Positions 41,657 through 51,720 are shown, numbered from the stretch's first letter. The stretch is DNA of 64,000 bases from Candidatus Bathyarchaeota archaeon (GCA_963807605.1 CAWECG010000003.1:704001-768000); one strand, 5' to 3'. Made by a program: numbers and translations. The notes: generated from the sequence alone by a model not told the origin.

Positions 41657-42517
41657 GTGGTGAGGTATTCTTTGGATCCAATTGTGGCTGTTGAAGCTTT
41701 CGTCGCGTTGGTCGTACTAGTCATCCTATTAAGTGGAATTAGAATTCTGAAGGAATGGCAAAGGGCACCAGTCCTTACACTCGGAAGATACCGAGGGCTC
41801 AAGGGACCGGGAGTAGTCTACATTGCGCCTTTCATAAGCAAAATTCCCGCCATAATATCGACCCGCCTTCAAGTGATGTCCTTCAAGACAGAGCAGACCC
41901 TGACTAAGGATAATGTTCCGGTGGTGGTTGACTCCGTCATGTACTTTCAACCCACTGATATTGAAAAGATTGTTCTGAGCGTGGAGGACTATTTTATGGC
42001 AACTCAGTTGGCAGCACAGACTACTCTTCGAGAAGTTATTGGTCAGACAACCTTCGACGAATTGTTAATAGAACGCGAGAAGGTAGGCGTAATTGCACGG
42101 GGGATAATCGACAGCAAGACAGAAGCATGGGGAGTCAAGGTAACATCTGTGGAGATCAAAGATGTTGCGATTCCACCAAGCCTACAAGACGCAATGTCAA
42201 GACAAGCCCAAGCTGAACGCGAAAGACGTGCAAGAGTAACACTCGCGCTTGCTGAATTCGAAGCCGCCCAGAAAATGGTCGATGCAGCGAATCTCTACAA
42301 AGATAACAACAGAGCTTTCGAGCTTCGATGGATGAATATAATATACGAGCTGGGGCTTCAAGGACGCAACACTATCATGTTGATACCGTCAAATATTCCC
42401 ACGGCAGGAGCAAGCATAGCTCCTAGGATCCCTCCTGTCGGAGTGTACGGCATCAAAGACTTGGCAAATAAGGGCAAATCCTCTTCAGACAACCCAGAAG
42501 ACAACGAAAAACAATGA
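41657..42517 (+). CDS. SPFH/stomatin (slipin) protein
   Basis: TKDNV.V.VD, AQTTLR..IG, QAQAERERRA. Confidence 0.9.
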   Translation: MVRYSLDPIVAVEAFVALVVLVILLSGIRILKEWQRAPVLTLGRYRGLKGPGVVYIAPFISKIPAIISTRLQVMSFKTEQTLTKDNVPVVVDSVMYFQPTDIEKIVLSVEDYFMATQLAAQTTLREVIGQTTFDELLIEREKVGVIARGIIDSKTEAWGVKVTSVEIKDVAIPPSLQDAMSRQAQAERERRARVTLALAEFEAAQKMVDAANLYKDNNRAFELRWMNIIYELGLQGRNTIMLIPSNIPTAGASIAPRIPPVGVYGIKDLANKGKSSSDNPEDNEKQ

Positions 42518-43009
42518 CAAGGAAGAGTGATCGCTTCATTTCCACGTGTGTGCAGGCCGTACAGAAGAAAGAGATTATGTCAGGAAGATCATCAGTCTGA
42601 AAGATCGCTAGTCCCGCATGTGCCACCAACAATAATACGTGCCCGTGCAGTAACTGTTTCAGTGAGTGGGTCTGCATATAAGCGATGCCCACCTGATACT
42701 TTCAGGTAGAGAAAAGTGGTGAACAAAAGAAATCCAACCAGAGAAACAATAACAATACACGTAGTGCTAAGGGGAAAATTAAAAGAGTGACTCTCAAAAC
42801 TCAAAGACATGGGACTCGTAACAACCAACACAGACGCAGTATCACAGGGCATAATTCTGCTCTATGAGAGACACGCTGACAAGATAAAAGAACCAGAAAC
42901 AAGTAGAAACATGAGAAACCCCCTGGCACCCTACCCTAGTGGATTAAACATGTCTAACACTACATATGTAGTACTGTATTACATATGTAGAGCCTCTAAG
43001 CATGTAGCC

Positions 43010-43127
43010 TGTCGGAATATTCGGACTTTACACTCAGACAGCCAATTTGTTTAGGTTCTAAGGTTTTGAATGCTAGGATGTCTAGGGTCTAAGGTTGTGA
43101 ATGTGTCCAAATTAAGATGCTCTCACC
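43010..43127 (+). repeat. ~118 bp direct repeat, copy 1 (copy 2 at 61542-61663)
   Basis: TGTCGGAATATTCG..TTTACACTCAGACAGCCAATTTGTTTAGGTTCTAAGGTTTTGAATGCTAGGATGTCTAGGGTCTAAGGTTGTGAAT..GTGTCCAAATTAAGATGC.CTCACC. Confidence 0.95.
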
Positions 43128-43359
43128 AGCTAGGGACACACACAGACAAAAAATAGTCTGCTCTAACGGTTCAAATTAGGGTGATCTCACTAGCTAGGGG
43201 GGATAGAATCTGGCTGTTTTGTGTGCTCACGTGGATGCTGGTTTTTTGACGTGGACATCCACATGGACATTTCTGGAGTGAATAGCGCACGATCCCATTA
43301 CTTAAGACCAAGATCCACAACGGATTTATTGGAACTTAGGCATTTTCTGTCGACGGTAC

Positions 43360-43950
43360 ATGACTCAGGTTTTCATGTCCCACACCAAGCTAGACAAAGA
43401 ATTCTGTAATCTATTCGATAACGCGTGTGCCCGCGTCGGCATCAAAGCCTTTCGATCTGAGTTTGAGACAATTCCGCTACCTGCATGGGAGACCATTCGC
43501 GATGAAATTAGGAGATCGTCGGCGATGTTCCTCCTTATCGGGAGGGAGTTGGTAAATATGCAAGAGAAATCATGTCGCGAGTCCGAAGCAGGACGGACTT
43601 GGAAACATACTCAAAACTGGATTGTTTACGAGGTTGGCTTAGCATGCCAGCAAGGCATAGATGTCTGGGTTCTATGCGACAATGTTGCAATCAATTTTCC
43701 GGTCCCTTACTTCAATCATTATCAACCTTTCGCAGGTGACATAAGATGGCTAAAAATGGTTCTTGACTAGTACTTAAGGGACATAGAAAACACGCCTCCC
43801 TCTCTGCGGCCATGGTCAAGTCCATATGTCCGCATATTCAAACATCTCAATGAAGCTTGCGAAATGGAATTCGCCTTTTGGGCATATGATCACTCTCGAC
43901 CGTTCGAGGTTCGGTGCCCGCAATGTCTAAAAATTATGAGGTTTGGATAA
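43360..43950 (+). pseudogene. TIR-like domain + C-terminal zinc finger, interrupted by in-frame TAG (43768-43770)
   Basis: VFMSH, W..YE.GLA TIR motif; frame continues 59 codons to CPQC..FG*. Confidence 0.65.
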
Positions 43951-44833
43951 GTGCGCTCTTCTGAGCATACGGAGATCTTATCCTGCAAATAGCTATGGCT
44001 CGTCTTTTTTGCAGACTCAACAGTTCGACTCGATTCGATATCGCCTCCTTGGAATAGGCCTTAGGAAATCGGGGGTTGAGAAAGCTGTTTGGTCTTGTTT
44101 CTTTCGATTCGCATGGAGAAGCTTCTAGACGCTCTCGAACTCCGTGTAGGCGCCAGGCTTGCGCCGGTAGAGAAAGAGAAGACATCTCCTTGAGCCTAGC
44201 GCTGCAGAACTCTCGACGTCTAGTTGTTTCTCAAGGTTAAGCTGGTAGAGTTGTTTCAGAGCTTGTGGGATCCCTTTTAAGATAATAGTAGCAGACGGTC
44301 ACATCTTTGCCTGCAGCTATTCCTTTCGGGCAGTAGGCGCGGGTATGCTGGCAGGTATCGCAGAGAGTCAGGGTTAGCATCTCCTCTTCGATTTCTTCGG
44401 CCTCCCCATCCACCTGTGATCCATAGACAAAGAGATTTGCAGTCCAGAGCCCACATCTTGCAGGATTCAGTGATAACACTTTGCATAAGAGTCCAGCCAA
44501 GCAGCGCCGTGACGATCAACGGCTCGAACTCACCCTGCTACGCAGAGACATGTGGCGCCACGCACACAACGATAAAGACCGGAAAGAAGTCGTAGCAGCC
44601 AGCGACTATAGCCTGCATCCAAGGATCCCAACCGTTGCGGCGACGTTCTGGTTCAAGCTTCAGGTATGCGCATCCAGCCCTGACCACACCCTACCCAGCA
44701 CCGCCCACGGATCCGTACAGCCGAGGATCCTGGACTGAACTGATTGATAAGCTGCCTAAGAGAAAGAAGGATAAGGATACTTCAGTCATTTAGGTTATAC
44801 TGCCTTGCTCTACGGAGACGTGAGGTGAGAAAA

Positions 44834-44991
44834 ATGCCGAAATGTGCAAAGTGTGGAAGCGAATTAGTTAGTGACAAAGACATGGTCGGTCAAGAACCTA
44901 AAATCGGAATGGGGAAAATCCGCCTGAGAGAAAACAGTACAGGTGCATGAACGAGAAATGTGAATTACGAAATTATCCTCAGTCAGGATGA
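44834..44991 (+). pseudogene. Small zinc-finger protein with one frameshift
   Basis: GAGGTGA RBS; MPKCAKCG... then YRCMNEKC in the next frame; restored by one extra G in GGGG near 44910. Confidence 0.5.
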
Positions 44992-45556
44992 TTGATCTCT
45001 GTGAGGGTCTGGCTTTATCCTTCTTACCTTCAGAGGGCTGGAACTCTTCGAGCATTTTTTCTATTTGCGTTCTTAGTTTGTCTCTGGTACCGTCGATTAG
45101 TTTAAGCCAATCATCCTGCCACTTCTTAATTCGGCGCGATGTTTCGAGCTCGCCTGATTCCTCTTGTTTAGGGATAATAGATTCTTTGAGAGGGTCAGTC
45201 ATTAGAAGATAATTGAGCTGTGGACCCAACACAGCGTCATACAAAGTAATTAGCTCATTCAGGTATCTAATTCGTATGCGTATATCGGTCATCGTCTTGG
45301 CCAAGTCTGGACGATGCAATGCCAACGCCACAGGGTTTAATGGCCTATCATCATAGGTCAGCTTGGCCAAATGATATTCGTGAATCTTCAGCAGATCCAC
45401 ATTGGCTGTCATGTCGGAGATCCATGCTGAGATTAGTTGTTTTCCGAGTTTCTTCTCTTTCCGTGATTCAAAAACAAATTCTTTCAGACCAACAATTATG
45501 AAAGCAACGACTGCTGAGATTAACGCGGATAGAATAGTTACGTTGACCGCGTCCAT
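44864..45556 (-). CDS. Hypothetical protein with N-terminal TM
   Basis: 230-aa ORF, hydrophobic N-terminus, helical body. Confidence 0.55.
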   Translation of the reverse strand: MDAVNVTILSALISAVVAFIIVGLKEFVFESRKEKKLGKQLISAWISDMTANVDLLKIHEYHLAKLTYDDRPLNPVALALHRPDLAKTMTDIRIRIRYLNELITLYDAVLGPQLNYLLMTDPLKESIIPKQEESGELETSRRIKKWQDDWLKLIDGTRDKLRTQIEKMLEEFQPSEGKKDKARPSQRSIILTEDNFVIHISRSCTCTVFSQADFPHSDFRFLTDHVFVTN

Positions 45557-45708
45557 TCGAACCCAAGCTGTCTTATCCTTTGTGTGTAAGTTAGCTTTTC
45601 AGTTTTCGCATCAGGACCTTGCGGTTGGTGAGCTAAAGTCCGCCGTTTACCTTGTATCATGCCCTTTTATCTGTCACCTGAGCTCTGACCTATAGAAATG
45701 GTGCAATC

Positions 45709-46491
45709 ATGTCTGGGAAGATATTAGAGCGCTTGGTCTCCTGGCTGCGAGATCTCAGAAGAAGGATCAGGCGTCTTGATGTGTTCACTTGTGTTTCCGT
45801 TGTTGTAGTGCTTGCATTTTTTGGCTACTTCCTACTTGCCAATTTAAGCGACTTTAGAAGCCAAGCCCAGATACTATTTGCATTCGCGTCTGTTTTACTG
45901 ACTATCGGCTTAGTCTATTCTAACCTGGTTCAACGTCCGGCGTCAAGATTTCTATCTATCTCGGTTGGACCTGTGGATCGTAATGATTTAGAGGAAGGAT
46001 ACAAGGCAACACTCTATGAGAGCCAACTTGTGACAGCCCCCCCTTTTCCTCCTGAATTAATCGAGTACAGGCTGATTCAACCTCATGCCAAAGTTGTCAA
46101 ATTCTTCCCTCGTGTTGTTCAGGAGATCCGATGTAAGACAACACCCCGCCAACTCAGAGTGGCGATCGACATCACCAATATCGGCCATTTCATGACAAGC
46201 ATCCATGAGTACGAAGTGGAGGAGTCTCCTGGCTCCAGACAGACCTACGTCGCGAGACTTGATCTTCCACACCAGAAACGGGAAACCCTGAGTCATGATT
46301 TTCCTAAAGAGGGGGGGTTGAGTCAGGGGTTCTATAAGATCAGGTTGACTGCAATCGCGGCCACGCAGGAGTTGTTGGAGACGGTGTGGCTGTGGATCTC
46401 GAAAGACAAGAAAACAATACGTTGGTGTAGCAAGAAGAACCCGCTGGAGAAATGTGCGCACATGTCAATTGTTAGTCCTCCTGTTCGATGA
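45709..46491 (+). CDS. Hypothetical membrane protein (2 TMs + beta-rich domain)
   Basis: 260-aa ORF. Confidence 0.55.
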   Translation: MSGKILERLVSWLRDLRRRIRRLDVFTCVSVVVVLAFFGYFLLANLSDFRSQAQILFAFASVLLTIGLVYSNLVQRPASRFLSISVGPVDRNDLEEGYKATLYESQLVTAPPFPPELIEYRLIQPHAKVVKFFPRVVQEIRCKTTPRQLRVAIDITNIGHFMTSIHEYEVEESPGSRQTYVARLDLPHQKRETLSHDFPKEGGLSQGFYKIRLTAIAATQELLETVWLWISKDKKTIRWCSKKNPLEKCAHMSIVSPPVR

Positions 46492-46641
46492 GCCGCTTAA
46501 CCTCAGATGCCCGGAGCTTCAGCCAGTCCCCAGCCGCTAGCGACCGTCTGCCGAAGAGAAAGAAGGATCCCTAGTAGATTGGTACGTTGTATCGGTCGTT
46601 CTCAAGAAGGCTTCTGATCTTCTTGACTACTGGCCACCGAT

Positions 46642-47054
46642 TGGTAGGTTCAATGGGATTTGAACCCACGAGTCGTGGGAGTAATGACCATTGCAAAGCC
46701 AAGGTGTCCCACACCCGATGTTTGGGTTTCCCACACCCTCTCATAATGTTCCCTCAAAATGGTGGGCCCGGAGGGATTCGAACCCTCGAATATCGTGGGT
46801 TCTGGCTGCTCCCAGCGAAGCTTTGGAAGGTTTGGCAACCCCCGCACATTTTTTGGGCGGGGGTAAGGCTCTCCAAACCGCCGTTTCGGCAAGTTCGCCG
46901 CACCTCACCCTCCGCGTGCATCAGACTACCTCACAACATCCTAATACCGTTACCGAAGCTGCTGCTCGTCGGTGAGCAACTCCTTATCTTACCAGCCAGT
47001 CTGCACCCTCGAAAACCACTTCGCTGGAACTTGCTGGCTTGCGAGGGCAACCAG
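46642..47054 (-). ncRNA. Candidate large structured ncRNA with two tRNA-like T-arm/ACCA 3' modules
   Basis: At least 8 helices with G-U pairs favouring the minus strand; T-arms at 46771-46787 and 46653-46669, each followed by a 7-nt acceptor strand and ACCA. Confidence 0.6.
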
Positions 47055-47255
47055 TGTGACAAAATCCAAATCTTAGCGTGAAGAGAATTCACTTAGATTC
47101 CAAGTTTGATTAAGTTCCCGGTCTCCAAAACCTCCAAATGCTCGGGGTGAAGCGTCAGCAGTCAAAACGAGTAACTGCTCAGACCACTTTGTCGCTGGCT
47201 ATCCTCCAACACCTTTTAGCACTCGATTGCCATAGTATGCGTGAGGATCAGCGAT

Positions 47256-47465
47256 ATGGGTAAGTTCAAGGAATTGCGCGATCAGCTCGACCAAGTTGAC
47301 AAGAGGCAGGAGAAGGCTGCTAGAGCATTTGCGACTAAACTAGATCAGCACGCTAGAAAAGTGAGCACGGACATTAACCGAGAATCGAAGAAAAATGCGC
47401 AGAGAATCGTTAAGCTGGAGAAACGTGTTGTCGATCTAGAACGCCGGTTGCGAAAAGCGAAGTAA
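47256..47465 (+). CDS. Small coiled-coil protein
   Basis: Heptad pattern RIVKLEKRVVDLERRL. Confidence 0.55.
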   Translation: MGKFKELRDQLDQVDKRQEKAARAFATKLDQHARKVSTDINRESKKNAQRIVKLEKRVVDLERRLRKAK

Positions 47466-47772
47466 CCAGGCCTATGGGCAGTTCATTGCTAAATAGGGTA
47501 ACGTCACGTTGTCGTCTGCTGCGTTTGCCTGTAAGTCGGCTGCTTGAAGAACAGTTCTAATCCTGCTCCCAGAACCGCCCCACAGTGATCGGATCGGGGG
47601 GATATTCAGTCGCCATGTTTCTTGCCAGCACATATCCAGTTGTTTCGACAAATTCAACCTTAGTAAATATGCCGTAAGCTTCTGCTGTCTCGCTAGGTCT
47701 TATATGCACTGCAGGCCGAATTCAAAAGCTTGGCTACTTGGGAGGGGGTGAGTCGGAAATGGAAGTCGAAAG

Positions 47773-47988
47773 TTGCCTTGTTGGGCGCGGGCTCTGGCGG
47801 TCGTGGTAGGGTTAGTTACGCTTGTGGCTGGATTCCTCGTGTTGGTGTTTCCAGCACTAGGTCTTCTCTTTGTCGTGTATATTCTAGCATTTGCACTGAT
47901 ACTCCTCGGCGTAGAGAGGCTTGGAATGGGTATCACGGGTCACGCCTACACGGTTACGGCTAAGAGTAAAGAACCAGCAAAAACCTGA
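47773..47988 (+). pseudogene. C-terminal fragment of a DUF308/HdeD-like membrane protein
   Basis: R.L...VG...L.AG..V...P..G......LAFALI..G.ERL..GI.G. Confidence 0.5.
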
Positions 47989-48088
47989 TGCACATCTATG
48001 CATTATCGGACCCTCCAGAGAACTCGTCGCTCTCCCATCCCTAATGTTTTGTCATCCTATCTACACCACTCACCATTTGTGACAGATT

Positions 48089-48241
48089 TCAAACGGAAAA
48101 CCGCAATGTGACTGCACCAAACTCGTCTACAAACTTTCTGGAAGGCAACGGCAACCTCTCATAGCGTGTCTTTACAAGGTACATCATTCCACTAATTGCC
48201 TGCAACGGATTACGCAGGTCATGCCCAACCATCGCCGCAGT
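48089..48241 (-). pseudogene. Histidine kinase H-box fragment
   Basis: TAAMVGHDLRNPLQAI with no sensor or HATPase domain. Confidence 0.65.
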
Positions 48242-48567
48242 ACTCTGGCTAGTCTTCAAGCTCGGCAAAGTAGCCGACGCATACACGGAGAAACTGAGAA
48301 CAAAGTAAGAAAAACAGTTCAAGAACCAACGACGACTCAAGACTGAGCTAGAGAGTCTTGGCCGCCCTCTATCATTTCTTTTTTCACACTCGCGAATTGG
48401 TGCCTTATTGAAATCAACAACCTCAGCCTGAGTAACTATGTTTCATACTGGCTATGACGAAGCATTGAGTGAACCAAGTCAGACGTTCGCCTTCAAGGTA
48501 AGGTCAGCTTATTCGGATGCTCTGCGACGATTCAAGTTCGCCGTAGTGCCTCTCTCTTGGTGGGGAA

Positions 48568-50115
48568 TCAGGTGTAGTCCAGAATGGTTGTCTTTTTGCT
48601 TGCTGTTCGTACTCCTGTCTGGCTGATGCGGTTGAGGATCGAACGCATCTTTTGCTCTTTGCGGAGGCTGCTCCAATAGTAGGCTTCGTCAACTGTGTCT
48701 TCAGCCATCAAGACTGTGACCTTGCCAATCCTGGTTCTTCCAGTTCTCCCCCTTCGCTGAATGGTTCGTATTTCGGATGGCACTGCTTCATAGAAGATGA
48801 CGTGGTCTACATCCGGAACGTGTAGGCCTTCTTCGCCTATGCTTGTGGTTACGAGGATATTGAACTTGCCAGATTTGAAGTCCTCCAACGTTTGCACTTG
48901 CTCCTTCTGGGATAGGCCTCGGCCGGAATCCTCGCCCGTTGCGTGGCCGACGAAGCGAACTGGGCGAGAGCCCTCCTGTTCTAGTCTCGTTACGATCAGC
49001 TCTACGGTGTCTCGATATTGCGTGAACACGATAATGCGACTGGTTTGATTCGACCTTAATTGTTCAATGATCAAGTCGGAGAGGACGTTCAATTTCGGAT
49101 GTGACGTGTGAATGTTATCGGTTAGCTGGATGGCTGTTTGAACTCGGGGATCTTTCAGCAGGCTTTTGATGGTTCGTTTAGGATTCTCCGACATGCGGCT
49201 GAAGTACTGCCTCAGGTTCTGGATGTCTTGCGTTTCAAGCAGTTCAATGCCGTGGAGCAGGGAGATGGCTTGCGCTTGCAGTGTTAGGGCAGCGAAGATG
49301 TAACCCGAACGTCTCTTCCGGAGCCTAATGATTAGCTGCTGTCTGAGGTCTAGGAGTAGTTTCTTTGGGATTAATTCAATGTTCGGGAGGACTTTCATGG
49401 ATTTGAGTTTCTGTATCTTCTCCTCGCTGACGCTTCTAAGTAGGCGGCTTACTTCCCGGTAGCTTTCGGGCAGCGGGACACGTTTCCAATCTATTACGAT
49501 TGAGTGAACGTAAGGTTGAATGTCCTCGTCGTATTCAGATCGGACTTCAACCTGTTTGATGAAGAGGTTCTCGCAGACCATCTGAATCTGCTCCTTCTTC
49601 CCCCCAGGTGAAGCGGTCAAACCAAGAATGAGCGGGTTAGTCGCAGACTGCTGATACTTCAAAGCGAGTTGCGTGTAATCATAGTCCTTCACGCATCTAT
49701 GCGCCTCATCGAAAACCATCAAACAGACATCCGAAAGCCCGTAACGGCCTGCTCGCACATCGTTCGCAATGACTTGCGGCGTGGCAAAGATGAAGTTGGA
49801 TTCAGCCCAGACCTTCTGCCTTCTATCAGCGGGTATCTGACCAGTTAAGTGATTGCAGATCGATTTAGTGAAATGGCTGCTGAAAACGGCATGATGCTGA
49901 ACCACCAGCGGTCTTGTTGGAGCCAGAACCACAACCTTACCGTCTGCCCGTTCTCCCACCCTCTTCTCAGCCACCAAGATCGCAATCACCGTCTTCCCCA
50001 AGCCTGTGGGCAACACGACGAGCGTGTTTGCTTTCGACGCTACCTCTGAAATGTGTATCTGGTACTCTCTGCTTTCCACGACGCTCAACCTCTCTTGGGA
50101 GAAGGACTCGTGCAT
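48568..50115 (-). CDS. Hef/FANCM-Mph1 family helicase (no ERCC4 nuclease domain)
   Basis: REYQ, PTGLGKT, DEAHR, GLTASPG, EEGL, QRRGRTGR; C-terminal PIP-like KTTILDY. Confidence 0.9.
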   Translation of the reverse strand: MHESFSQERLSVVESREYQIHISEVASKANTLVVLPTGLGKTVIAILVAEKRVGERADGKVVVLAPTRPLVVQHHAVFSSHFTKSICNHLTGQIPADRRQKVWAESNFIFATPQVIANDVRAGRYGLSDVCLMVFDEAHRCVKDYDYTQLALKYQQSATNPLILGLTASPGGKKEQIQMVCENLFIKQVEVRSEYDEDIQPYVHSIVIDWKRVPLPESYREVSRLLRSVSEEKIQKLKSMKVLPNIELIPKKLLLDLRQQLIIRLRKRRSGYIFAALTLQAQAISLLHGIELLETQDIQNLRQYFSRMSENPKRTIKSLLKDPRVQTAIQLTDNIHTSHPKLNVLSDLIIEQLRSNQTSRIIVFTQYRDTVELIVTRLEQEGSRPVRFVGHATGEDSGRGLSQKEQVQTLEDFKSGKFNILVTTSIGEEGLHVPDVDHVIFYEAVPSEIRTIQRRGRTGRTRIGKVTVLMAEDTVDEAYYWSSLRKEQKMRSILNRISQTGVRTASKKTTILDYT

Positions 50116-50210
50116 GCTAGAGTGGGTGAGTCACATTTTGCTTTGGCTCTCCTGAACTCACTCAACCGTTAGTTTGCTGGAACTATTGATAGGAACTATC
50201 GCAAATACTG

Positions 50211-50891
50211 TCAAGGCTCATGGAAACAGTCCTCCACAAATTGCTTGACCTTCGTGGAGGCATCAGGCTTGATCGGGGGACCGTGACCTGGGAGAAGACA
50301 GGCGTAGGACAATCCCGAGATTTTCCTGATTGACTCCTTCGCTCTTTCCAAGTCAAGGGTCATTGGAGGAAGTCTAAGAGATCCGCTTTCTGTTGTTCTA
50401 AGAGCATCCCCGACGAGTAAGGCTTCGCCGGGAATGTACACTGAAACGCTTCCATCAGTATGACCCGGAGTGTGGATTATCGTCACGCCGTCTATCTTGT
50501 CGGAATCTTTCAAGAGCACGTCTGGCTTGACTGGACTGAATCTTATGAACACGCCCATGACCTTGAGAACGAGCCCTACGGCGCCTTTGACCTCCTTGAG
50601 CTTCTTCTCCCCGGAGAGCCTGGGTGCATCAGCTTCATGAATAGCGACTTTGGCATTCGTCAGCTCCTTCAGCTTTGCAACGCTTCCCGAATGGTCGATG
50701 TCTGGATGTGTCAGAATTATGGTGCTTATTGATGAGGGCTCAATGCCCAAGCGTTTTGTGTAATCTAGAATCCTCGCATCGTTCCCAGGCATTCCAGTAT
50801 CCACGATTATGGCTTCGTCTTGGGAATGAATGAGATACGAGTTTGCGCCTCTGACACTCGGTATAAGATGGATACCTTTTGCTACTTCCAT
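50211..50891 (-). CDS. MBL-fold metallohydrolase
   Basis: THPDIDH, HTPGHT.G, GD, PGHG. Confidence 0.9.
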   Translation of the reverse strand: MEVAKGIHLIPSVRGANSYLIHSQDEAIIVDTGMPGNDARILDYTKRLGIEPSSISTIILTHPDIDHSGSVAKLKELTNAKVAIHEADAPRLSGEKKLKEVKGAVGLVLKVMGVFIRFSPVKPDVLLKDSDKIDGVTIIHTPGHTDGSVSVYIPGEALLVGDALRTTESGSLRLPPMTLDLERAKESIRKISGLSYACLLPGHGPPIKPDASTKVKQFVEDCFHEP

Positions 50892-50984
50892 GTTTCAGCC
50901 CGTCTCTCAATGTCTTAAGTTGAGTCGTGCTTCCTTTTCAGACTTGTGAATCCAAGGAATCTGAAAGCCGGGTTGTAGTTATGG

Positions 50985-51559
50985 ATGGACAACCGGGAGA
51001 TAGCCGATTTCGTAAGGAAGATGAAACCTACCGATCATGTCGTCATGTTCTATTCAAAACCTGAAGACAAGCGTGAAGTGTTGTTCACTTTCCTCAAGGC
51101 TGGCTTGGATCAAGGTAAGGCGGCTGCATACGTGGCAACGCAGGAGTCTCCGGATGAGATCAGGCATGCTATGCAAGCTTTTGGCATAGATGTAGGGCAG
51201 CTTGAGAACCGGGAGCCTTGCACGTTTTCTCATACAAGGACTTGTACTTCAAGGGAGGCAGCTTCAGCATACCGAACGTGATGGGTATTTGGAAGACGCT
51301 CTATGCAGATGCCACAGCGAGGGGATTCAAGGGATTCAGGGCAGCGGGGGAGATGGCATGTTTCTTCAAGGAGAAGGCGCTGGAGTTTGTCGAGTATGAG
51401 AGGGCGCTTGGTAGGGCATTTAGTATGCCTTTGGAGGGCATCTGCGCCTATGACTCGAACTATCTAGTCGACAAAGGAGAACTCTTCCTAGACCTGATCA
51501 AGGCGCATAGCTCTGTAATCATCACAGGCCCGACGAGCGGCGTCGCAAGCAGCATCTGA
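50985..51559 (+). pseudogene. MEDS (DcmR-like) sensory domain protein, frameshift near 51210
   Basis: H...FY, GL..G..A.Y / G.RAAGEM, YE, ICAYD, H; restored by one G in the GGG run. Confidence 0.75.
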
Positions 51560-51561
51560 CA

Positions 51562-51720
51562 GCCATCCTTACTGTACCGCCTCCTCCGTCCGCAAGACCG
51601 GTCGGCGGCGTCGTGGAACCCGTCAACAAACTTACACTTCTCACACCATATTTGGTCGTCTTCGGAGTGGTCGCGGCTGTTGCAGTCGTCATCGTGACGG
51701 ATAGGAAACGCAGAAAACTC
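51562..51720 (+). pseudogene. Orphan C-terminal surface-protein sorting/anchor segment
   Basis: PPPSARPVGGVVEPVNKLTLLTPYL-TM-RKRRK with no start. Confidence 0.5.

Larger units (their letters stand above)
207..42554. repeat. Dispersed alternating-CG palindromic boundary motif, left cluster
   Basis: Copies at about 207, 1252, 1354, 5246, 5338, 8334, 8586, 8839, 10169, 14023, 14894, 16221, 16237, 16784, 18187, 18843, 18935, 19584, 19704, 20079, 21341, 22846, 23108, 23649, 23757, 23774, 24754, 25116, 26065, 26155, 27045, 27868, 27900, 28737, 29788, 30299, 30331, 30778, 31260, 31367, 32172, 35952, 36048, 36750, 36871, 37810, 39309, 40161, 40246, 42543. Confidence 0.9.

Noticed and set aside
43040-43270. 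CRISPR array from the short repeated units
   Set aside because: Only two imperfect copies per unit, ~10-nt spacing, and no cas genes
43768-43770. Genome-wide amber recoding
   Set aside because: Many clear genes here end at TAG at their expected C-termini (e.g. SDR, bax1, hsp20); one case is insufficient
46642-46790. Two complete tRNA genes or a tmRNA
   Set aside because: Only the T-arm, 3' acceptor strand and ACCA are present; no matching 5' acceptor strand, D arm or anticodon arm was found
46587-47081. ORFs 46587-47081, 46650-46892 and 46691-46975 as proteins
   Set aside because: Translations (GFEPT/GFEPS) are the typical antisense reading of tRNA T-arms; the region is better explained as structured RNA
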